Shown: positions 13,665-27,600 of the stretch, piece after piece | Layout of the letters: every line of letters starts with the position of its first letter | Numbering within the stretch: the stretch's first letter is position 1 | Source of the DNA: Lytechinus pictus | Lineage: Eukaryota | Length of the DNA: 64,000 nt | Assembly (NCBI RefSeq): GCF_037042905.1 | Contig: NC_087246.1 | Location: forward strand, 9,920,001-9,984,000 | Direction of reading: 5' to 3' | The notes under the pieces: model-generated | The model's database searches: none | The model's input: only the letters and a program-made list of their open reading frames with translations | What the model was told of the DNA's origin: nothing | Made by a program: the position numbers and the translations under genes

Positions 13665-15050
13665 CAGTGCGTATCAAAAAAAACGGGACAGATTTGAAAA
13701 GTCTATAAAATTTTAGTTTCAAATTATTATGTCTATATTTTGGTGTTAATCGGTGCTCTAAGGTCTTGTCTTTCAAATGCTATTAAAAAAAATTTAGTTT
13801 TGTTCATGCTTGAGCAAACACGGGACGTTTTTGTTGGGGGTTTAAAAAGAGGCTTGCGCCAGAATTGCAGAATATGAGTAATATGATGATCGGACTTCTT
13901 GCTAATTAGCAGACTTCCTCTTAACCTTTTCATTATCTTTGCCATAATTTTCAAATCATGCGGTCAAAATTCATTTTCAGATCTATTTATTTGATTGAAT
14001 TATTCTGTTATTTCTTTTTAATATGCTCTCTGTTAGCTTTGAATATTCCTTCTTCAAGCTTAAATTATTTTTTTCAACCGAATTATTGGAGAGCATGGAT
14101 TTTTTATTCAAATCCTTTCATTATGTGCTACAAAGGTTATGGTGCCTTTTGAACAAAGCCACACAGATGGGCGGGCGCTCGGGGGTTGCTCCCCCCCCCC
14201 CCCTCAATTAAAAAAAATCATGACCAAGAAAAAAAGTGGACAGAAAATAAAAGGAAAGATAGAAAGTAAAATATGATATTATTTGCTGAATATTATGTCA
14301 AAATCTATCACAAAATTTGATATTGTAATTAAAAAAAGTGGGAATATTTGCGTGCTCACTTCGCTCGCTCACAACTTTTTAATACATTTTACCCGATCTG
14401 CCATATCTAGCTCCTTCAAAATTGACTCAATACACCATTGTCATTGAAAGACATGAATCCCTTCCTGTGTTTCCTGTCAAGCAATTAAACTTGGTCAACG
14501 AATTAATGACCCATTGAAAAATAGATTCATGTCTTTTAAAGGTACATAACATAATTTGTTTCACATAATAAAACGATTTGAATAATCACAAGTTTTCCCA
14601 ATTAATAATTCAAATCTTCTTGCTTGGGTTAACAAAAAAAATCTTCTTTTCTCAGTTACTTATGAAGGAAAATTAAAAGGTAAGAGAAGTTTAAATGAAA
14701 AAAACAAAATAATTCAATTAAATAAATAACTTTGTAAATGAAATTTGACAACATAATTCGAAAATTGTGGCACAGATAATGAAAAGGTCAAGAGGAAGTC
14801 TCCTGATTAGCAAGAAATCTGATCATTGTATTACATGCACATATTCTGCAATTCTGGCGCAAGCCTCTTTTTGAACCCCCAACAAAAACGTCCCGTGTTC
14901 GGTCAAGCATGAATAAAATTTATTTTTTCAAATTGCATTTCAAAGATAAGACCTTAGAGCATCTATTGACACCAAAATATAGACATCATTATTTGAAACT
15001 AAAATTTTATAGACTTTTCAAATCTGTCCCGTTTTTTTTTATACGCACTG
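13665..15050. mobile_element. Tc1/mariner-type non-autonomous element with about 350-bp TIRs
   Basis: CAGTGCGTAT... / ...ATACGCACTG with TA flanks. Inverted homology extends over about 13665-14015 vs 14697-15050. No transposase ORF. Confidence 0.92.
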
Positions 15051-15849
15051 TATATCCAATTGCTTTGTAATTGTTATTACTTGATAAAATAACAATGTAT
15101 TCATAGCTATAAATGGAGCACAAGGACAAGATCATTTCCTGTTTTCAGTTAAATCCCTAAAGAGCTATAATTTTTCTCATAATATCAATATTTGCAATAT
15201 TTATTAATCTACCTACACAGAAAAAATTAGTGTTTCAAATAGCTTAAGTTCATAAAAGGAAAGTCTAGTTAATTTTTTGTTTATATTTCTATTGGAGGAG
15301 AGGTTGATAAAACTGTGTACTAATGGATTATTTCATTATTCTATGATTATTTTTCCAGGAGTACCTGCCAATTTCACTCACTGGGCCTGTAAAGACAAAA
15401 GGCCCAGATGTTTAAAACTTGAATGAGAGGTTGCCAGGACCTAAAATAAGCATGGCGACTGGTATCTTTATCATTCTTAATACAGATTGGCAGTGTTTTG
15501 TCTCAGAAAGGGCAAAAAACCCATCAGCAACAAAAACTTGGAAGGAATGTAATACTTATATAGTACTTTCCCTTACATCAGATATGATAAGGGGCATGAT
15601 TTCAATGCCCCCCCCCCCCCCGTCTGATGTAGGAGGAGCGTAATTTTAGCGGTTACCCCCAGCATTAGATGTAGGATGGGCATGAAATTAGAGCTTTTCA
15701 GTGCTCCATAACACAAAGATCAGAAATTGAACAGAGAACAAATTTTAAAATTGATTGCTTTAACCACAATGGACAAACAATCATGTAAAGCAATAGTACT
15801 ATCAGTTGCTAACCTTTGTGAAATGGGATCCTAGATATGCCATTGCTTC

Positions 15850-16297
15850 TACTGTGACGTCATAACAGTGCAATAACAGGATACTGTTATATTCATGAGA
15901 AGTCGCAATTGTGATTCTCAACGTGTTTGACTCGCGAGCCGTGCTCAACACAGCAATTTTACGCTGTGTAAACGAGATCAGTGTGATCCGCAAGCCATGT
16001 CGAACACGGCTCTTTTGATCTGCAAAAATCGTAGGTTTCAACCCGCAAGCCTAGTCAGACTCGCCTATTTTTTTGTGTGTAGTAAAACAGAAAGCCATGT
16101 CGAACCCACATGACCTAGGTCAACCATGGCATATATTTGTGACATCTATTCTACTTCAGTTTGTGATCCCGCGGGCCGTGTCGAACCTCGTTTTTTTGTT
16201 TCAGTATAAACGCGTTCACAGTTGCCCTCTTCGCAGCGTTCGACCCTGCTTGAGGATTCAACACCCAAGCCAAGTCGTGTGTAAACAACGGTAATAA
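15850..16297. repeat. GC-richer interspersed repeat with internal cgagccgtgtcgaacac-type subrepeats (possibly Crypton-like)
   Basis: Several degenerate copies of gtgatcc-cgc(a/g)agcc(a/g)tgtcgaac; ends in aaacaacggtaataa. Family call is a guess. Confidence 0.4.
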
Positions 16298-16545
16298 TCT
16301 GCTAACCTAAAGGTACATTTCCTTTGACAAACACCCACTATTAGTCAGAGGACAAATGCATACAAACTGTGTGTTATACTTTGAGTGGTGTAAACATGTT
16401 GAGGGTTATTACAAAATAATCATCCTAACTTCATAATAAATTTGTAGACTATAGGCACAGAAAGTGGGGCAAACTTCATCTGACAGACCCTTCAACAAAA
16501 TGATATCATCAGTAACAATACATCAATAAATGCACAATAGCAATC

Positions 16546-16691
16546 AGCCCTGTTATAGAAAAGTTTTTATCATAGTAACTATTCCATCAAATGGTAACTT
16601 CCCTGAAATCCTTGATTCTGATTGGCTGGCGAGCATTGTAACCACTGGATGGCAAAATTACTATGATAGTAACTTTTATGCAACAGGCCCT
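16546..16691. mobile_element. Short Harbinger-like MITE with gattggctg core
   Basis: Imperfect TIR (gccctgttatagaaaagtttttatcatagtaa / ttactatgatagtaacttttatgcaacaggccc). Architecture resembles 52126-52262 and 56180-56346. Confidence 0.65.
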
Positions 16692-17298
16692 ATTACATAT
16701 GTCTCTTGAAAAAAAAAATCTCTTATTCATTTCAAAAGAACATATGGAACTTTAAAACAAATTGGGGTATAATATACTTTATACACGCTTGAATATTTAT
16801 TTACGGAAATGCATCTACACTGATCTAGTTCTAAAATAAATCTGTGAGCCAAATACCCTGTTCTCCATACAGGGTTTCTCTATCTAGTTTCCAGGATAAT
16901 CTTCCTGTCTGGAAAAAAAAACAGCTAGAAAGCAGGAAATAATGACAACACAAAATCCTTGACTTATTCTTTGAAAACAAAGAATCGGATCCTACATTCT
17001 TTTTAGGCTTTGTGGAACCAAACATTGATTTATTGCTGTAAAATATCTGGAAAGACCGACTTTCCTTTTAAATATCATATATCATCAAATAATTATTGAG
17101 TAAAAAATAGCATCCCTGTCCTGTACTTTAAAGACTTGGTTAAACAGAAGTATTAACAATATCTTACTGCATAATTTTTGATGAGTTATTGGTTAAAAGT
17201 AAAACGAGTGATAAAACTTAAATTATCCTAAATAGAGTAAATTTACTAACTCTAACCAAGTTGATAACCTGGAGAGGATTTGGGATGAAAGAATGATG

Positions 17299-18330
17299 AA
17301 CAAGTGGAACACCTCTGGCAATCTCGCCTGCATTACGCGATTCAATATAGCAACAGTGCTGACTTTGAAAACAGTTATTGAATACTTATCTACAAAATAA
17401 AACACTCATATGATGATAAAATACTATGTCTATTGACCCAACATGACCTCTGACCATAATCATGTGACCTTAGATGTGTGCAAAACATACTTGATAACCC
17501 TTAGGTCAATATTTCATGAACTACATGTGTATCCATAAACTTTCTAAGTTATGATGCCAATTCAACAAATACCCCCAACACAGCCAAAGTTCATTGACCC
17601 TTAAATTACCTTTGATCTGGGTCATGTGACCTGAAACGCTCACAAGATATTCAGGGATACATGGTTACTTCATGTCCAAGTCTCATGAACTAGATCCATA
17701 AATTTTTAAAGTTATGATGACAATTCCACAAATACCCCCAACATTATCAAAGTTCGTTGACCCTAAATGACCTTTGACCTTGGTTATGTGAATTGAAACT
17801 CACAAAGGATGTTCAGGGATACTTAATTGCTCTTTTACGTGTAAGTTTCATGAACTAGATCCATAAAATTTCAAAGTTATGATGACAATTCCACAAATAC
17901 CCCCAACATGATCCTAAGTGACCTTTGACCTTGGCCATGTGACCTGAAACTTAAGCAGAATCCTCAGTGATACAGTATTACCCCTATGTCTAAGTTTCAT
18001 AAACTAGGTTGATGTACTTTTTATATGATGACATTTTTAAAGACTTAACCTTAGGTTAAGATTTTGATGTTGATTCCCCAACATGATCTAAGTTCATTAA
18101 CCCTAAATGACATTTGACCTTGATCATGTGACCTGAAACTCGGGCAGGATGTTCAGTTATACTTGAGTAAGCTTATGGCCAAGTTTCATGAACTAGGTCC
18201 ATATACTTTCTAAGTTATGCTGTCATTTCAAAAACTTAACCTTTTATTAAGATTTGGTGTTGACGCCGCCGCCGCCGTCGGAAAAGCGGCGCTGATAGTC
18301 TCACTCTGCTATGCAGGTGAAACAAAAAAA
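17299..18330 (+). mobile_element. Helentron/pearl(Tsp)-like non-autonomous element with internal tandem repeats
   Basis: 5' AACAAG plus subterminal tctcgcctgca. About five ~150-170-bp core repeats (ccctaaatgacctttgaccttggtcatgtgacctgaaact...aagtttcatgaactag). (GCC)n microsatellite, then 3' hairpin gtctcactctgctatgcaggtgaaac and an A-run. Confidence 0.8.
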
Positions 18331-18337
18331 CACAGCA

Positions 18338-18368
<31 letters not shown>

Positions 18369-18744
18369 GGGAGATAGAGAGGTGAGCAAACACAATTACA
18401 ACACAATGTTCTGATTGGATGGTGATGACAATCCACATGGCATCAGAAAGCATCGAAGGAGAACAATACCACGTTACACAACATATACAAGAGTTCATAA
18501 TATGGACTGAAAATCCACCCAAGAAATGTCTTAAAGATTTCAAAGTTGGAGGATCTACTAAATGGTGAGCAGTCTATTCACAAAGCGCTTAATATTCAGC
18601 AGTTAAAATAAATCGTGATAGGCTGAGTGCAATGGTGAGTTTGAGCATTTTTGTGTTTGTTTTGTTTGAACATATATGGGTGTAGAAATACATAGTAAAA
18701 GTATAAATTAAATTTGAGATTCACTCATATGTATACACTCATGC

Positions 18745-19335
18745 CCCGGGGGGGGGGGGGGGGGCCCACTTCCATAGACGAGTGGATACCATGCGCGATC
18801 ATGGGGTCTCGAAAAGCACCCTAAACACGTATTTTCCATATTCTGAAAAGGCACCCCTTAACAAGTATTGGCGTGTGAAAGCCTACCCTTAACAAGTATT
18901 GGAAACAAAACGATGCTCTTGGCAAGTATTCCCTGAAATGAACCCCTAAACAAGTGCAGCGATATTTTATTGTTATGTCACGGGTCCGTCGGTCGTCGCT
19001 TTTACCTTTACACATCATTTGGTTAAGTGCGGCCCCACCTTCCACAGCTCGCGCAAATCGGACTCTAAACACGTAGTGTTGGGGCAAAAAGGACATCCTT
19101 TATAAAACATTTTAATTTTGTTTTATCATCCCTGCAAATTTGACCCTAAACACGTAAGCTTTCCTAGCGAAATAGATACCCTTTTTTCATTATTTTTGTG
19201 TTTTTGACACCCTTATCACGTTACGTACGTAACGTGCCCTATCTTGAGAAAGACATCCTTTTTACGTGTTTTTTTTGGTCGCGCATGGTATCCACTCGTC
19301 AATGTAAGTGGCCTCCCCCCCCCCCCCCCCCCGGG
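18745..19335. mobile_element. CCCGGG/poly-G-terminal MITE, family 1, 8-bp TSD
   Basis: TIR cccggg(g)n..ccacttccatagacgagtggataccatgcgcga mirrored at the right end. Perfect TSD ACTCATGC (18737-18744, 19336-19343). Confidence 0.92.
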
Positions 19336-19437
19336 ACTCATGCACATTGCATGTTGTCACATGAAAGATATTCAGGCAGCTGAATCACTTGAATACATTA
19401 GGCCATATGGATACTTATTTGCATGGTGCTCTAGTTT

Positions 19438-20016
19438 CTATTATATTCCTTACTGAAAATTGGTTGTTATTTGATTGGTCGAGAGCCCTTCACGTGAAAA
19501 ATGAAATTCATCGGTGATCAAAATAGTTTTTTTTTACTACTTTGCGTCCGACTGAAAACCATGCACAGGGCAATAAACATAGGTAAAAATGCAATTTTAC
19601 CTGAATTCCAAACTCTCCGATTAGTAAAATGAAAATAAAATTAATGATGACCATCATTCGATTATCGAATGATTCAGGCTGCTTGATTTTAGTTCAGCAG
19701 AATTAGTTCACAACCGGTAAGTGGAATTATTAGAAGATCAATCTCAGTACTGCCACCGCGCAACACCAAACCACCCTGAGTGATGCTTGTATGGGAGCTG
19801 GCGGTAACCGCGCGCAGTCTAGTCAAGTACCGGCTTTCAAACTTTAATATGGAACGGATATAAAACAACTATACCGGACGTTTCTTTTGAAAGTGTAGTG
19901 GAAATATTTTATCCTCGGTTGGTCCGGCAATGTTACTATTTTAAATAGTAGCATTGTAAAAAGTAACACAATAGTAATTGCCGAACCAACCTCGGATAAA
20001 AATATTTCCACTATAC
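19438..20016. mobile_element. Interspersed repeat with long subterminal hairpin (possibly Crypton-like)
   Basis: About 40-bp inverted repeat gtgtagtggaaatattttatcctcggttggtccggcaat / attgccgaaccaacctcggataaaaatatttccactatac at 19893-20016. 5' gattggtcgagagc motif. Family uncertain. Confidence 0.45.
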
Positions 20017-21205
20017 TTTCTCAAACCCAGTATATTTGTATAATATATATTTACAGAAAAAGCAACATATGCACACTGTTGCTTCAATATTGTATATTGC
20101 TCTATTTCATCACCAAGTATGCTTATATACACCCCTCACCTACGAATGATAGGCCTAACTGCATGATAGGAGTAACAATACATCAAATTCAAACAATTGT
20201 AAACAGTGTCCGTTTATCATTATAAAAACTATTAAAATCAATTAATTGATAAATTGATTTATGGATTAAATGACAGCTACTAGCTATCTCCCAGTATGAA
20301 TGATGATTTACTATTTTCTATTGTAAAACCATGGATCCTACTAAGAGCAACAATTTTACAACAGGGCATTGTAGTAATACAATCATAAATTATTATCAAT
20401 CAATCGAGCATTACTGTAATTCTTTGACAAACCATTTACAAAAAGTTACAATCTATTTTCAGATCAAGAAAGTGTTTGCATAATGGACTCTCCTTCAAAC
20501 GCTATGTCTTGCATTTTTAAGGGTATATGTGAATGAGGAAATACATGTAATCCTTTTTTTATCATTATTGCATGGCTGCAGTAAGGTTAGAACACACTCA
20601 TTAAAGACCATGCAAGATAACGGTTAAATACCTCTGTTGTGTAGATATTCATGAATGCTATTTATCATAGATAACGGGTCCGTGGATAAACTACTCAATA
20701 AAAGTAGAGACAAAACAGTGACAATATTTGCCAGCTTTTTTTTAAAGTAAAACAGAAGAGGTATGTCTCTGTGAATTTAGCAATGAAATTCATATTAATT
20801 TATAATGGATAAATTCAAAAGCAGTTCATGAGCTCCTTCTTAAAGCAAAAGAAAGATGATGAAGAGATATCAAGATGATTACAGTACTTTTGATTTTTCA
20901 ATCATTTAGGACAAATAAAATACTTATTTCATAGAAGCATTGATAAAATGAACTGTATGACCATCTAGCTCACAGGTTCAGTTTTCAAAAGATGACATTT
21001 TAAGCAATTTGTGTCTCATAGCAAAGTTCACTTGTGATGTAAAAAAAGATTCAAATTGGAAATGCCATAATTCTGTTGAGTTTCGCCAAACATTCATCAA
21101 TATATTTCTCTTTATAGTTTCTGCTTTTATTGAAAGCAACCTAAAGTCAGGGTGCTTTTCCCCTTTAAATTTCATTTGTCCAATCAAATGCCTGACATTG
21201 TTTAA

Positions 21206-21789
21206 AGGAGAATGAAACTCTTGGAGCAAGTAAGCTTTTGTGAAAGCAGAAAAATCAAAGAATGAGATCAACAAAAGTTTGAGTAAAATAGGACTAGCAA
21301 TAGAAGAGTTATGAGCATTTGAATGTCGAGATCACTAATGCTATGGAGATCCTCCCATTGGCAATGCGACCAAGATCTATGATGTCACAGATGAACAACT
21401 CTCCCCTTTTGGACACTGAAAATATACCCCAAAACATCTCTTTTTGCTCATTCTAATCATATGACAAACGATTCATCAATGATATAATGTTGTGAAACCT
21501 CTGTACTTGTCCTCTCATAAAGAGAACACCTCACCTTGTGATAGACTCTATAAAAGTGAGAATATAAGTGAAATAAGTACTAAAGTAATGAGGGAGTTGT
21601 ACGTGTGTGACATCACAGATCTTGGTCGCATTGCCAATGGGAGGAACTACATGGCATTAGTGATCTCAATATTCAAATGCTCATAACTTTTTTATTATTC
21701 ATTTAATCTTCCTCAAACTTTCAACAATATGTTTCTTTGATTTTTCTCTTTGATATGGATTCAGCTGGTTTCAAGGATTTCATTCTCCT
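21206..21789. mobile_element. TTAA Kolobok-like MITE
   Basis: TIR AGGAGAATGAAA / TTTCATTCTCCT with TTAA flanks and long internal inverted homology. A partial related element ends just upstream at 21164 (cccct|ttaa). Confidence 0.88.
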
Positions 21790-21984
21790 TTAACAACAAG
21801 ATCTGTCTCATATACGAATTGGGATCACAGACAAATGGAGCAAAAATACTTTGTAAATGGGAATAACCAAGGTCACAATTGGATGCATGCTTTTTAGAAT
21901 TTAACCCTTGTTATGTGTTGAATTATTCATAGAAAATCAATCAATAAAAGCTGACATTGTGCCTCAATTCAGTGTCCTCTATCT

Positions 21985-22228
21985 TCCAATCCATCCATCC
22001 ATCCACATCTACATCATGTCTCATTCTCTCCCTCTTTCTTTCTTTCTTTCTTTCCTTCATTTATTTGCCTTTCTTGCTCTCTTTCTTTCTCTCTTCCTTC
22101 CTTTCTTGATTTTTCTCTCCCAATTTGACTCCCTTTCTCTCGCGTTCTCTCTCTCCCTCTCACACACACACACACACCTCTATCACATAAACTCCCCCCC
22201 CTGTGCCCCCCTCTCTCTCTCTCTCTGA
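21985..22228. repeat. Compound microsatellite (CCAT, CTTT, CT, CA)
   Basis: Visible directly. Confidence 0.85.
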
Positions 22229-25017
22229 TTATCAAAATCAGAATCCTGCAATGGAGGAAAAAAATAATGGTAGAAGGAGAGCTACAAGGATATTGAATCG
22301 TAAAAGACATAACAAAAGGATGCTCAGTTTGAACACCCATGCTCTGAAATTTATCTCATTAAAGAGGCTTCAAGCTTCACTAATGAGCCTTACACAGGGT
22401 CATTAAAAACAAAATTGAGTAATGGTTGTCAACGAACAACACAAATAAGTTCTTACTGAGAATATTACATTACAACATGATTTGATCCATTGCAAAAGTA
22501 TGAGTTTTAACATGAGCAAAATGAGCTGTAAAACAAGAAAGCTCATAACTTTAAACGATAAATCAGTATGCCACAGTCACACATGCAAATTCAACTCCAC
22601 ACTGCTAATCAAATTTATTCCCTATAATTTCCAATGACATACAAAAGGTGGATATGTGTGCAATATAAATACCCTATATGATTATTATTATTATACCATC
22701 AGTTGGGAGATTATTTTTTTGGGTGTGACTGTAGCATAAATTGCTTGAGTGTGGTAAATACCCCTTAACTGACCTTGTCAGATCATGCTCAATAGATGCA
22801 TACTGCTACTGCACAGTCATTTATGTGATAGCAAAAAGCATGAGAAATTTTAATTTTCTCATGCTTATATAAGTCTTAATTTGCAATTCCTTCCAGGAGC
22901 CAGTTTCACACACCATTCTCCTCAGGGAATGCCAAATGTATATGATGACAAGGGTAGTCATATGATAAAATGTATATTGAACCCCATATAAAAGGCATTT
23001 TGATACATATAACAAATAGTTATCATTACTCTAAAAGAGGCAAGTCAACAAACTATGCCTTCACTAAATTTGTATGGATATGACCCTTCTTGCTCTAATA
23101 TTACATCTTACTACCTTCTGTTTGAGGTGGGTAGAGTTTTACTTACAAAAGTGCTGGTAGAGGAAGAGATGACAAATAACAACAGAAAAGGGAAGAGACT
23201 AATGACAGACTATGCAATTAAGACGTCAATTAAACATCAGGCAGCACATCCCCTGTTGCGGTATAAAGCCTTGCTCCTTTATAATAGCGACCTATCCAAA
23301 TGTAACCTTGATGTAGTACTAACGTAAAGTAAAAGATAACACAGGACCAATAAAGATGTTGAATTGCCAGTCAAATAATTGACACCAGTGAAATTTCACA
23401 TAAAACTTGGTGACATGGTAGGTTTTATATTTTTCTTGCTTGAGATCACAAGTTTTCAATGAAAGTGTGCATGTTTAACAGTCAATTACATACAGCTTAA
23501 CACTTCCATTGTTGAATAATGTTTCTGAAGTGTTATGAATAAATGAATGAATTTATTATCCAATGCAATGATAATAACAATTTACAAGTTTACAGCCTAT
23601 CAGTTATGAATATATGGAAAACCAAGGATAATAGGAACCAGAAAATAGCACGAATGCTAATCAAATCTGGCCCCTTGTAGTTCAGTTAGTTAAGAATGAA
23701 CAATCGTGAGTCTACTAAATATACTCTGTAATATATAAACAATGCCTACATAACAATTTAAATGAATGCCATACCAAAATTATAAATCTATAATTAAAGA
23801 TCAATAGCTCATACTTTTAAGAAATTATAATCCTGAGTGTTTTACAAAGTTATTTCTAAATAGCATCCTCTTGCATGACTGGAGACCTGTTTTGAGATGC
23901 AACACTTTGTCATTCCTGTGCTGGCATTAATTAGTCAAAGTGATAGATAAATCAAGTGAAATGAGGAAGATTTACAATTTGATAAAAGTTGATAAGGTTA
24001 TATGAAACTAACTATATGATAGAACAGGTAAAATTTGGGTATCTTGTTTAGCAAATGAATGTGTTACCATGAAGTCATGCATCAAGTCACATAAACAACA
24101 AATGACTTCATGATATTCTAGGTTAGTGTGAATAGCTACCACAAAACCTCAAGTAAACTGGGCCAATTTGTGAACTTTTAAGGATATTCAAAATCTGATA
24201 TTTATTTACAATTGAAAAATGATGGTGGGTGATAGCAATGAATATGGTTCTACTATTGTTATGTTAACTATAGCCACTGAATATCCTTGTCATATTCGCA
24301 GAAATTGTGCTTGATTATATTTTTATATCAATAATTTTATATCCTCAAAATTATCAAAATATACACGCATGAAAACAGATTCTGTCTTCCAAAACTACTC
24401 CTATAGGGGGGGGGGGGAATTGTTTCATGAACCCATTTTCATGTGGATCTCAATTAAGATGATATATTAAATTTCAATTGATTTCAAATTTATTTCACCA
24501 AAGCATTAAAATACATTGAAATGATACACATACATATAATACAGTATACAAACAAGAAACTCCTCTTCATGGTATATGCATTGGTATATTATAGGAAATG
24601 GTACTTTGAAGGTAGATACCTAAGAAAGGAAAAAGTCCCTTAAAAATGGTCAACCTTACAATATGTCATAATAATGTTAACATATGTACATAATTGAACT
24701 GAGAATAAAACACAAAATACATAAACAAAAACAAGCTGGGGTTAGTCAAGTGTTCAATAAAGCAAATTAAAGAGAAATAAACTCATAACATGTGATAGTA
24801 ATAAATCATATAACCATGGAATTTTGAGCAAACACAATTTAGGGGATGTGTGTGGGCAAGAAATGAGGCATGGTCAATAATATTAACTGCAAGTTTTTGT
24901 AATTTAAGGATCTATCTATGGAGGAAACATGTGTTATCCCATATAATGACATATTATAAAAATGAAATATGATTGGGTGATACATCATCTTTTAAATAGT
25001 TTTAGGCAGGTTTTTAA

Positions 25018-26135
25018 AGGGGAATCCAACCCATATAAAAACTTGTTTTTATAAGAAAGAGAGAAATCAGAAAAGTTGATATGTGAAAGTTTGAACAATA
25101 TTGGACAAACAACAAGAAAGTTATGAATTTTTAAAAGTTGTAAATATTGGTAATCACTATACTCATGGAGACTTCAAATTGGCCGCATATGGGATGTCAT
25201 AGTGATGTAAGGCAAGGACTACTCTGCCATGTACTCCACTACATATTATGGCTAAAATGTCATTTTTCCGAAAAGTTTTATTTCAAATTACATTTTTCTT
25301 TCATGAGGACATTAAACAATATACTACCTGGGTTATATAATTTAGATTACTGCCCCAGGGGAATGGGTACTTAGGAGAAAACCCACAAAACCCTGATAAT
25401 AAAGTACATCGCCTACAGGAAAGTTGTCCTTGCCCCTTGTCATAATTTACTTACCCAGTTGCCACTTTGAAATCTACATACTATTAGTGATCCCAATTTT
25501 AAAGCAGCTATAACTTTCTTATTGCTTGTCCGATTTCTTTCAAATTTTCACCATTCTGTTTAATTTATTTTTCTCCTTCCCAACACAACATTTTATGGCC
25601 AAGGCTGGATTCCCGGGGGGGGCACTCAGTATATAATGCATAGTGGGTATGTGCCGCGGAGGGGACCCCCATTTTTACACTCAAATTTCCGTTCCGAGGC
25701 ATAGCATTTTTGTCTTATTGAGAAAAAGAACAAAGAAAGCCGCTCCAGAGCATAGCATTTTCTTCTTCTCGAGAAAAAAAAAGAAAAAAATCCGCTCCAG
25801 GGCTTCGCGAATTTTTCGTTACGCCGTTCCGATCGCAATTTTGGTGAAAAGCGGCCGCAGCTCGCTGTCCGACCATCGCCTCTGCGCTAGCGCGCCCGTC
25901 AGTCGTGCCGCCGGGCTAGCTGCATGTACGTTCCATAGGGATGCATACGCACTCGCACGCAGGCGACCCGTTCCAAGGACCCCCGTTTTCACAAACATTT
26001 GTAGTTCCGAAGCCCGTTCCGAGGACCCTCCTTTTTACAATGAGCCCGCTCCAAGGCCCCCGTTTTTTGTCTCGCCCGCGGCACACCCCTACCACTTTTT
26101 TGGTCGAGTGCCCCCCCCCGGGGCTGGATTCCCCT
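25018..26135. mobile_element. TTAA Kolobok-like MITE with nested insertion in its right TIR
   Basis: AGGGGAATCCAACC / GGCTGGATTCCCCT, with TTAA at 25014-25017 and 26136-26139. Confidence 0.85.
25612..26122 (+). mobile_element. CCCGGG-terminal MITE, family 2, copy 1
   Basis: TIR cccggg(g)ngcactc; perfect 8-bp TSD GCTGGATT. A highly similar inverted copy lies at 37135-37664. Confidence 0.92.
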
Positions 26136-26379
26136 TTAAGTTAATATATTGTCAGAAAAACACTTGGATGCCAACAGAATGATTACAGAGTTGAATGAAA
26201 TATTAGGTTTATTATCAGACTGCTCATCAAGAATTGGGTAAACCTATATTCACATAACAGAAGAAAGTACATGCACATTAAAAATTTCCAAGGTCCTTCT
26301 TACAATGTATGCCCTTCTTTATAGTTCTACTATTCGTCCACTTGAGAGAGAGATCATGATTCTGCCATCCGTCCACCAT

Positions 26380-26980
26380 CATGATACAACTACTATTGTC
26401 CTTTTTCATTGATACCTGTTTTCTGATCTTTAAACTTTTTTCTGTTAAGAAGAAAGAATTGATCTTGTTTGTGCCAGGTCAGTGTTACAATGATTGCAGG
26501 TGGGTTTTGCTTGGCACCAATGGAAAGGGAATACGGACTCCGTTGATGGACATGATGAGTTCGGTCGATATCTACACATTCCTGGTATAACCAAAGTTTC
26601 TCAATTGGGAAATAAAGGGAGATTATTGACCAAGCGACCAATCATACTGTGGTACACAAGATTGCAAGGATGACCCAAGCCCCTTATATATGATCAGAAA
26701 TTCCCTTACGCACTGCATGATTGCTGATTGCATGAAGCCGAAGGTGTCCTTATTTGTGGTGCAAATGGGAAAAAAAGTGGAATGCCCCTGGCAGTTGCAT
26801 CATGCAATTCAATACAGCAGGAACTTGACTTTGTGGCATTGAACATTTCCTGTCTTTCACTACCCCCATTGCTTGGCCTTAATGTCTCTCTTATTGTCCT
26901 TGGACATTTTTTGGCGCCATTTTTTCAAAGAAAAAAGCCCCTATATCAAATGGCAATGCCCTCAAAAGATTGAAATTTGA
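26380..26980 (-). pseudogene. Degenerate coding relic, possibly an Academ-type transposase (XPG/PIN-like part)
   Basis: Minus-strand frames with frameshifts give pieces reminiscent of P-Q-x-K-F-L, H-x-x-x-D-T..L-H-A, IEKLWL...VHQ and P-A..T-L-T in the order seen in Academ transposases. Weak, by-eye match. Confidence 0.35.
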
Positions 26981-27224
26981 TCTAATATGCATATCACGAC
27001 TGTAAACATATACTTGACTGACATTTCATTTTCTTTTCCAAGCATCAAGGAATAAGGAAATAAATGGATATATGATAATTTGCTTATAAATTATGACAAT
27101 ATATATATTTTCATCTTTATAATTCTTATAATATCAAAACAAATTTAGGTAATTTGTCATGATGAGAGAAATGTTATACTTTGAGAGATGATCAGTGACC
27201 ATAAATTTAAAAATAAATGAAATC

Positions 27225-27600
27225 ACAAAAGCTCTTTTCATTCTACTTAATGCCTTTACGACTTAGGATCCTGGCAAATGTTACTTACTCAATGTACTGA
27301 TTTTATAAAAGGTTGCCAATATCTTGATGTCAAGAATGTTTCTGAGTGTTACAGTGCAATGCCACTAAACTAGACAAAGATTTGTATAGATAACGAAACA
27401 TCCACCATTGTTGTTCTTTATAATAATCAAGGCCATATGCAGGGTAAACAACTTAGCAGTATATGGAAAAACTGTCTGGTAATCTAATCCGCCTTTTAGA
27501 GCGCTATTGTACAAGCTGCAGGCATCTACGTTATGCTTGTCTTTTGACCCATCTGCATAGATTATATTAATGTTCAATTTCACGAAATTTATAGTCACTT
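27225..27600 (-). pseudogene. RNase H domain relic of a non-LTR retrotransposon (I/Nimb/Loa-like)
   Basis: IYADGSK ... YTAKLFTLHMAL ... FVIYTN, then after a frameshift SLSSLVAL ... VTFARILSRKGIK*NEKS. This matches RNase HI motifs (YTDGS, AEL, YSDS, WIPSHxGIxGNE). Confidence 0.75.

Noticed and set aside
21908-22406. Hydrophobic or charged low-complexity ORFs (also at 12.3-12.7, 35.1-35.4 and 49.8-50.3 kb)
   Set aside because: They are translations of microsatellites.
25643-26182. 179-aa ORF and the related 123/165-aa ORFs at 37040-37629
   Set aside because: They lie in GC-rich MITE copies, frames are not conserved between the two copies, and there are no transposase motifs.
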